Shown here one piece after another: positions 45,216 to 51,001 of a stretch of 51,001 nucleotides of DNA. The translations under genes and the position numbers were made by a program. The stretch is from a virus (taxonomy: Duplodnaviria; Caudoviricetes). The stretch lies in IMG/VR virus record IMGVR_UViG_3300020045_001742, positions 1 to 51,001 of that record. The stretch is one strand, 5' to 3'. Below the pieces are notes generated by a model. That model saw only the letters and a list, made by a program, of their open reading frames with translations, searched no databases and was not told the origin of the DNA. The stretch's first letter is position 1. The number at the start of each line of letters is the position of its first letter.

Positions 45216-45244
45216 TTGACATTGCATACACCGGGCTTTATAAT
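45216..45244 (+). promoter_or_regulatory. Perfect consensus sigma70 promoter for sheath/tube genes
   Basis: TTGACA-17-TATAAT. Confidence 0.85.
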
Positions 45245-45297
45245 CCGTCAAGCCATTTGGCTACTTTTTGCAAAGAGTTTTTTATAAAGGAGCCTTC

Positions 45298-46629
45298 ATG
45301 GCGACACTTTCAGATATTGTTAACGTGAGCATTTCGCTCAATACAACCGGCGTAGAGCGAGCCGATTTCGGGACACAAATTATTGTCGGTCCGACTATGG
45401 CATTCGCAGCCCGCGTGCAGTCTTACACGCGCTATGACGATGCCGTGGCGGCTGGCCTGCCTACACCTATGCTGCTCGCAGTACAGGCTTCATTTAGCCA
45501 AACGCCTCACCCGCGTCAGGTCAAAGTTGGTCGCCGTAAGGTGGACACGGCTATCGTCAATATTGTGGCTAAAAACTTGACGGTTTACACCATCACGGTC
45601 GCCGGTACTTCGCCTGAGGTTTACACGTTTACTAGCGATGCAAGTGCAACCGCTGCCGAAATCGCTACCGGCTTGGCTTTGGCTATCACTGGCGATACAA
45701 ACGAAACCTTGACCGCTACTGTGGTTGGTGATACCGTATCTTTGTCTTGGATTAGTCAATCGAACCTGCAAGGCGTTACGCTGGGCTCTAACTTGTCTTG
45801 GGGTGCATTCACTACCGTCGATAGCGTGGCCTTGGACATGGCTGCTATCGTGCTTGAGGACAATGCATGGTATGGCTTGATTTCGTCTGACCGTACAAAG
45901 CAAGTACAGCTTGATTTTGCTGCGTGGACTGAGACGCAGGAAAAGCTGTTTGGCATGGCAAGCGATGAAGCTGCAATTCTGACCGCTGGAGTGGCCACTG
46001 ACGTGATTAGCGTGCTGAAGGATACACGCTATTACCGCACCTACGCTGCCTATAGTGCCAATGCTGCTACGCAGTACCCGGATGCTGCTTGGATGTCTGC
46101 GGTGTTCCCATTGCAACCCGGTTCTGAGACTTGGGCATTGAAGAAACTCGGTGGCGTTACGCCTGACAAGTTGCCAGCGACTGACAGAAACACTATTCTC
46201 GGTAAGGGCGGAAACACGTTTGAATACTATCAAACCCAGATCGCGCTTACCAACCCCGGAAAAGTGGCGGCAGGTGAGTGGATTGACGTTATTCGTGGCC
46301 GCGACTGGTTGAAGGATTTGATTCAGACCAACATGGTCATGATGATGATTAACCGCGCTAAGGTGCCTTACACAGATGCTGGTATTCAACTTTGCGTTAC
46401 CAATCTGCGTAAGTCTTTGCAGCAAGGCGTGAGCGTTGGTTATATCGCACCGGATGAAATTGATGCTGACGGCAATACCGTGCCAGGCTTTGTTATAACT
46501 GCGCCATTGTCGTCAAGCATTGACCCACTGGTTAAGGCTTCCCGCGTGCTGACATTGGACTTCTCGGCCCGGTTGGCTGGGGCAATTCATGTGGTGCAAA
46601 TTAACGGTGCCGTCGGGTACGAAATCTAA
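45298..46629 (+). CDS. Tail sheath protein (DUF3383-like)
   Basis: IVNVSI, FSQTPHP, WYGL, PGSETWALK, GEWIDVIRGRDW, KVPYTDAG, GAIH. Confidence 0.92.
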   Translation: MATLSDIVNVSISLNTTGVERADFGTQIIVGPTMAFAARVQSYTRYDDAVAAGLPTPMLLAVQASFSQTPHPRQVKVGRRKVDTAIVNIVAKNLTVYTITVAGTSPEVYTFTSDASATAAEIATGLALAITGDTNETLTATVVGDTVSLSWISQSNLQGVTLGSNLSWGAFTTVDSVALDMAAIVLEDNAWYGLISSDRTKQVQLDFAAWTETQEKLFGMASDEAAILTAGVATDVISVLKDTRYYRTYAAYSANAATQYPDAAWMSAVFPLQPGSETWALKKLGGVTPDKLPATDRNTILGKGGNTFEYYQTQIALTNPGKVAAGEWIDVIRGRDWLKDLIQTNMVMMMINRAKVPYTDAGIQLCVTNLRKSLQQGVSVGYIAPDEIDADGNTVPGFVITAPLSSSIDPLVKASRVLTLDFSARLAGAIHVVQINGAVGYEI

Positions 46630-46639
46630 GGAATAAAAA

Positions 46640-47068
46640 ATGGCTACAACTTACGACCCAACTAAACTCACCGTGATTGTCGGTGGCGTTATCGTCTCAG
46701 GCTTTATTGATGGCGACTTTATTACCGCAAAGCGCGATGAAGATTTGTACATGAAGCGCGTCGGCGCTGATGGCCATGTCGCCCGCGCTCGCAATGGCAA
46801 TAAGTCAGGCTCTATCGAGATCAAGCTGCTCCAAAGCTCGCCAGCGGTTAACGAACTGTCTGCACTGGTGGCTTTGGATAATTTCCTGTTTGATGGTGAT
46901 ATCTTGATTCCGATTCAGATCGTGTCGCCGGGCGATGGCGCTGAATTGGTGGTTTCCACTCAGTCGTGGCTCAAGTCTGCACCTGAAATCGTCTTCGGCA
47001 AAGAAGTCGGCGAACGATCATTTATCTTTGATTGTGCTGACTTGAAACTGTCGCTGTCAGGCACCTAA
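46640..47068 (+). CDS. Tail tube protein (DUF3277-like)
   Basis: TYDP, VGADG, LLQSSPAVN motifs. Confidence 0.88.
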   Translation: MATTYDPTKLTVIVGGVIVSGFIDGDFITAKRDEDLYMKRVGADGHVARARNGNKSGSIEIKLLQSSPAVNELSALVALDNFLFDGDILIPIQIVSPGDGAELVVSTQSWLKSAPEIVFGKEVGERSFIFDCADLKLSLSGT

Positions 47069-47086
47069 TCTCTGGGGTGTGCGTTG

Positions 47087-47119
47087 GCCCGTCATGATTC
47101 GCTCTGACGGGCTTTTTTT
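47087..47119 (+). terminator. Rho-independent terminator after tail tube gene (copy 2)
   Basis: gcccgtca/tgacgggc stem plus T7. Confidence 0.8.
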
Positions 47120-47153
47120 CGTATAATTGAAACAAATACACATAAGGAAAACC

Positions 47154-47612
47154 ATGCACCCAGAAACAATTATTATCGGCCAGTCTGAATATACGGCCAT
47201 GAAGATGAATGCGTTTGACGCTAACAAGATTCTGTTGCGTTTGAACAAGGTTATTTTGCCTGTCATTGGTGGACTCACCAAGGGCAAAGGCTCCGTCAAT
47301 CTGTTGGATGCTGATTTGAGTGAGGTAACTAATATCCTAGCTGAAAATCTCACCGAAGAGGTTATGGATTCGATTGTGTTCCCGATGTTTGCAAACTCGC
47401 GGGTTTACTTTATTGAAAAGAAGATTTTCATTAAAGATGCAATGGGTGTAAACCAAGCGTTTACCGCTGATAACCTGTTTGACTTTTATGAGCTAATCTG
47501 GGAGGTTCTTAAATTGAACTTTGCAGTTTTTTTCAAAAAAGCGGCGGGGAACTTTGGGAGCCTAACCGCCGGGGCTCAAACTCAAGTGTCGAAAAGTCTC
47601 CCGGTAAATTAA
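47154..47612 (+). CDS. Tail assembly chaperone, allele B (-1 frame extension to 47800)
   Basis: Near-identical to 72..527; same slippery site. Confidence 0.85.
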   Translation: MHPETIIIGQSEYTAMKMNAFDANKILLRLNKVILPVIGGLTKGKGSVNLLDADLSEVTNILAENLTEEVMDSIVFPMFANSRVYFIEKKIFIKDAMGVNQAFTADNLFDFYELIWEVLKLNFAVFFKKAAGNFGSLTAGAQTQVSKSLPVN

Positions 47613-47786
47613 GAGCTGATCTAGAGTCTGAACTTTGGATATGGCGTCCTATATTGGCAAAGAAAACCACTATCACCGAGGTGAAAAACGGTACTTGCAG
47701 CGTTGAAGACTTGATGAAGTTGAATGCTTTAATGGATATGCAAGATGCCTATCAAGATCAGGCGATGAATAAGAAAGATTTAATAT

Positions 47787-49268
47787 ATGGCAGTTGTTAG
47801 AGAGTTGATTACCCGTTTGGGCTTTGGCGTAGATCAGGCAAGCCTGAACCGTGCCGAAGGCTCTATTAACAAGCTGTCAGGTATGCTTTCAGGCATTGCT
47901 GCATTCGCTTCTTTGCGTGCTTTGGCTGGTGTGGCTGATTCGATGCAGTCTCTAGAGGCTCGCATTGGGATGCTGCCGCAGACTATTGGAAATGTAGGTG
48001 TTGCGTTTGACACAATTGCAGGTCGTGCATCAAATGCCAAGCAATCAATCGATGCGTATGGCGCATTTTATGTAAAGGCTGGTAACGCCACTCAGGACTT
48101 TATTAAGACTCAGGAAGAGCTTTTAAACATCGTTGACGGGGCTGCATTTGGATTGGCCGCTAGTGGCGCTGGAGCTGTAGAGCAATCACAAGCATTTTTC
48201 CAACTTGGCCAAGCCATCGGCTCTCCGATTGTCCAAATGGAAGAGATGAATACGCTGATTGACGTAGCTCCCGATCTGTTGCGAGAGCTTGGTAAGCAAA
48301 TTCCTGGCGCTGAAGGAAACTTGAAAAAGTTTATTGGCACGGGTAAAGTTACCGGGAAAATGTTAGCTGAAGGATTGACTAAAGCGGCTGTCATTTTTGA
48401 AGACAAAATGCGCAAAATGCCAATGACAATTGGAGTTGCTACGGTATTAATTACCAACGACTTTAAAAAGATGGTGGCGCGTCTTAATCGTGAGTCTGGT
48501 GTTATTACTGGCATTGCTGAATTCATGGCAAGTGGATTTAAGAAGATTGAAGCCAAGTTCAATGCTTTTATTTCATTCGTCGGTGGTGGAACTAACGCGC
48601 TAAAGGTGTTAGGCATTGCCTTGGCTGCGTTGCTTGGACCTATCGCGCTTGGTGGATTGCTTAGTGTGCTTGGTGCTATCTTGTCACCGGCTGGATTGTT
48701 GGTGGCTTCGCTTGTCTTGCTTGGCCTAGCCATTGATGATATTTACACTTACATGGAAGGTGGGCAGTCTCTGTTTGGTGACTTCCTAAGTAGCCTTAAA
48801 AAAGGTGACTTGCTAACTGTTGGACTCACTACCGCATTGGTAGGGTTAACGGCTCAATTTGGTTATGTTGCCATTGCTTATGCAGCAATGTGGGTAAAAA
48901 TGAGGGCTGTTGCCATGATTGAAGGGGCGAAAATTCTAGCCATTCAATTAGCGGCAATGGGGCCTACTGGTTGGGCTATTGCGGCTGGTGTTGGCCTTAC
49001 TTTGGGTGCTGGTTACTTGCTAAGTAAAGCCAATGAAGGTAGCTTGACACCTAAAACTGGCGCTGGTGGAATTGACCCCAAGACATTGCTACGGCCTAAC
49101 CTAGCGCCAGCGTCGCCCACTGCGCCAGCTTTTCACCAAACTAACAATTTCACAATGCCGCCCGGTACTCCTCAAGAGCATATCAACCTGCTTGAAAAAG
49201 GTGCGGTTAATATACTTGGCAGAGAGACTGAGAAAATGGCGCGTGACATGAATGCACAAGGTAATTAA
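47787..49268 (+). CDS. Tape measure protein, allele B
   Basis: Collinear with 702..2198, with alternating conserved and divergent blocks. Confidence 0.92.
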   Translation: MAVVRELITRLGFGVDQASLNRAEGSINKLSGMLSGIAAFASLRALAGVADSMQSLEARIGMLPQTIGNVGVAFDTIAGRASNAKQSIDAYGAFYVKAGNATQDFIKTQEELLNIVDGAAFGLAASGAGAVEQSQAFFQLGQAIGSPIVQMEEMNTLIDVAPDLLRELGKQIPGAEGNLKKFIGTGKVTGKMLAEGLTKAAVIFEDKMRKMPMTIGVATVLITNDFKKMVARLNRESGVITGIAEFMASGFKKIEAKFNAFISFVGGGTNALKVLGIALAALLGPIALGGLLSVLGAILSPAGLLVASLVLLGLAIDDIYTYMEGGQSLFGDFLSSLKKGDLLTVGLTTALVGLTAQFGYVAIAYAAMWVKMRAVAMIEGAKILAIQLAAMGPTGWAIAAGVGLTLGAGYLLSKANEGSLTPKTGAGGIDPKTLLRPNLAPASPTAPAFHQTNNFTMPPGTPQEHINLLEKGAVNILGRETEKMARDMNAQGN

Positions 49269-49901
49269 ATGATAGGTTTTTACTACGGCGGCCCAACTTC
49301 CAGTACAAAAGTGTTTGGTGGAATCGCTTCGATTGACTTTGATGCGACACTTGACGAATTGCACGACTGGCGAAATGAAGTTACACAAAATCCTGTTGAA
49401 TCTGGTTCTCCAGTAACTGACCATGTGATTGAACGGTCTGATCGATTGAAGCTTACAGGAACGATCACAAACAGCCCATTGCGCGGCGAGTTTGCAGGGC
49501 AATACTTTGGTGGCGATAATGAATCGCCTCGCATTCAGACGGCATTTGATGCCATTCGTGAGTTGTTTAAATCGCGTGATGTCGTCGTGGTTTATACCAA
49601 GCACGCCATTTATACCGACATGGTGATCGAATCCGTTTCAATCCCTCGTAATGCTCAGATTGGTGAAGAGGTTCAGTTCACGATGGAACTGGTTAACGTC
49701 CGTTTTGTTGATACTCAATTGGTTAAGTTGCCACCGGGTATCAGTGCAAAGAAGGATAAGAAGGCTGGTAACCTAGGTAAGAAAGCCGAGCCACAAAAAA
49801 CAGCGGGTCAGAAAATGTTAGATGAAAATTACAAGACTCGCGCACAGTCTTCTGGAGTTGCTAAAACAATTTCAGAAAACATTCTCAAGGCTTTCAAATG
49901 A
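49269..49901 (+). CDS. Dit-like baseplate protein, allele B
   Basis: Homologous to 2199..2822. Confidence 0.78.
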   Translation: MIGFYYGGPTSSTKVFGGIASIDFDATLDELHDWRNEVTQNPVESGSPVTDHVIERSDRLKLTGTITNSPLRGEFAGQYFGGDNESPRIQTAFDAIRELFKSRDVVVVYTKHAIYTDMVIESVSIPRNAQIGEEVQFTMELVNVRFVDTQLVKLPPGISAKKDKKAGNLGKKAEPQKTAGQKMLDENYKTRAQSSGVAKTISENILKAFK

Positions 49902-50332
49902 TTCTCGCTGAAATCCCACTGTTAGCAGATACGACTGACCAACTGGTTGACGTTGTTTTAAGTGATAACCCATACACTTTACGTATTCTTTGGAATGAAA
50001 AGTACGGTTATTTTTCACTGTCAATTTACGCTCGGGATGGTGCTGTCATTCTTGAGAATATCAAGATGGTGAAAAACTACCCGCTAATTGGCCGGTTTAA
50101 AAATACGCTGTTGCCAATTGGTGATTTGTATTTTATCGACAATAAAAACAAGCATTCACGCGCACTTTACGAATCAGTTGGAACTGGTGATTATTCGCTT
50201 GTTTATTACGTTCCTGATGTTGTTGTATCTGACGTTGTAGTTATCACGCCAGTAGCAGCCGTTAGCGGGTCTATCTGGGACAGTGGCCTGTCGGTATGGG
50301 ATAGCGGCTCGTCTGCGTGGGATGGTGCTTAA
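49898..50332 (+). CDS. Baseplate plug-like protein, allele B
   Basis: Homologous to 2819..3256. Confidence 0.65.
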   Translation: MILAEIPLLADTTDQLVDVVLSDNPYTLRILWNEKYGYFSLSIYARDGAVILENIKMVKNYPLIGRFKNTLLPIGDLYFIDNKNKHSRALYESVGTGDYSLVYYVPDVVVSDVVVITPVAAVSGSIWDSGLSVWDSGSSAWDGA

Positions 50333-51001
50333 ATGGCTTTATTTGACCGTATAGCATCGCTAACTGTCGGCAAGCCTGATGGTAAAGCCGTCGAGATTCG
50401 TGATCTACGGTTTTCATTCGCCATTGAAAAGGGCTCGATTGATACACCCAATTCGTGTACCTGCCGCATCTACAATTTAAACAAAGACTCACGCGCCTTA
50501 GTTGAGACTGTCAACAACATTCTGATTCTGAAGGCTGGTTACAAGCGCGACGTGGGCGAGATTACCATTTTCACCGGTACGGTTACGCGGGCTTTAACTC
50601 GCATTGAAGGCGCTGATTCTGTCACCGAGTTGGAAATGTCAGACGGCGGTGCGGAATACAAAGACACAAAGACTTCTTTTAGCTTCGCGCCGGGTGTGTC
50701 TGCGCAACAAGTTTTAAGCAACATCGCTGCAACTTTTAATCTACCTATCCGGCCACTGCCAAAAGAGATAGCGACAAAGACTTACCCAGACGGGTTCGCC
50801 TTCATTGGCCGGTCACGCGAAGCCATGAAAAAGGCTTGTGATTTTCTTGGCCTTGAATGGTCAATCCAGAATCGTGAGTTGCAGATCCTGAAACAAGGTA
50901 AAGCTGTTGATATGCAAGCCTTTGTTTTGTCACCTGACACCGGGTTGATTGAGTCACCTGAATCAGAGCATAAAATTTACTCTGAAAAGACAGCCGCTAA
51001 A
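50333..51001 (+). CDS. Baseplate hub, allele B (truncated by window end)
   Basis: Homologous to 3256..3924; no stop before the end. Confidence 0.85.
   Translation, partial: MALFDRIASLTVGKPDGKAVEIRDLRFSFAIEKGSIDTPNSCTCRIYNLNKDSRALVETVNNILILKAGYKRDVGEITIFTGTVTRALTRIEGADSVTELEMSDGGAEYKDTKTSFSFAPGVSAQQVLSNIAATFNLPIRPLPKEIATKTYPDGFAFIGRSREAMKKACDFLGLEWSIQNRELQILKQGKAVDMQAFVLSPDTGLIESPESEHKIYSEKTAAK

Larger units (their letters stand above)
1..47082. mobile_element. One unit-length tailed phage genome (contractile tail), ~47.1 kb, circularly permuted view
   Basis: Full set of terminase, portal, capsid, neck, sheath, tube, TMP, baseplate, lysis and replication genes; sequence resumes homologously at 47083. 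Confidence 0.93.
47083..51001 (+). repeat. Diverged direct repeat, copy 2 (runs off window end)
   Basis: Homologous to 1..3924. Confidence 0.97.

Noticed and set aside
47777-47800. Stop-codon reassignment suggested by TGA vs TTA between alleles
   Set aside because: Single site; core genes are full length in the standard code and many end in TGA with ATGA overlaps

Overview
The window holds one apparently complete ~47.1-kb tailed dsDNA phage genome with a contractile tail (myovirus-type). About 3.9 kb of the tail region appears twice, at 1..~3924 and 47083..51001 (offset 47,082), but as two different alleles rather than exact copies. The + strand carries tail, baseplate, fibre and lysis genes (1-13.3 kb), then primase-helicase, packaging, head, neck and tail genes (27.8-51 kb). 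The - strand carries an early/replication arm (13.3-27.7 kb): MazG-like protein, RuvC-like nuclease, two helicases, Cas4-like exonuclease, DNA methyltransferase, DUF669 SSB, AAA_24 ATPase, ThyX and dCMP deaminase. I recognised no integrase, repressor, DNA polymerase, canonical tRNA or CRISPR array. Most notable: (1) a ~500-bp non-coding, densely base-paired antisense cassette inside the baseplate operon, with a tRNA-shaped ~170-nt element and an SD-AUG-UAA start-stop minigene; (2) the heteroallelic terminal repeat with a mosaic tape-measure gene; (3) ten copies of an extended -10 promoter/leader motif heading small accessory genes; (4) a -1 frameshift tail chaperone conserved in both alleles; (5) an ~85-aa domain shared by sheath and baseplate J; (6) an iteron-like origin candidate. 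All family calls come from motif recognition and synteny by eye; no searches were run.
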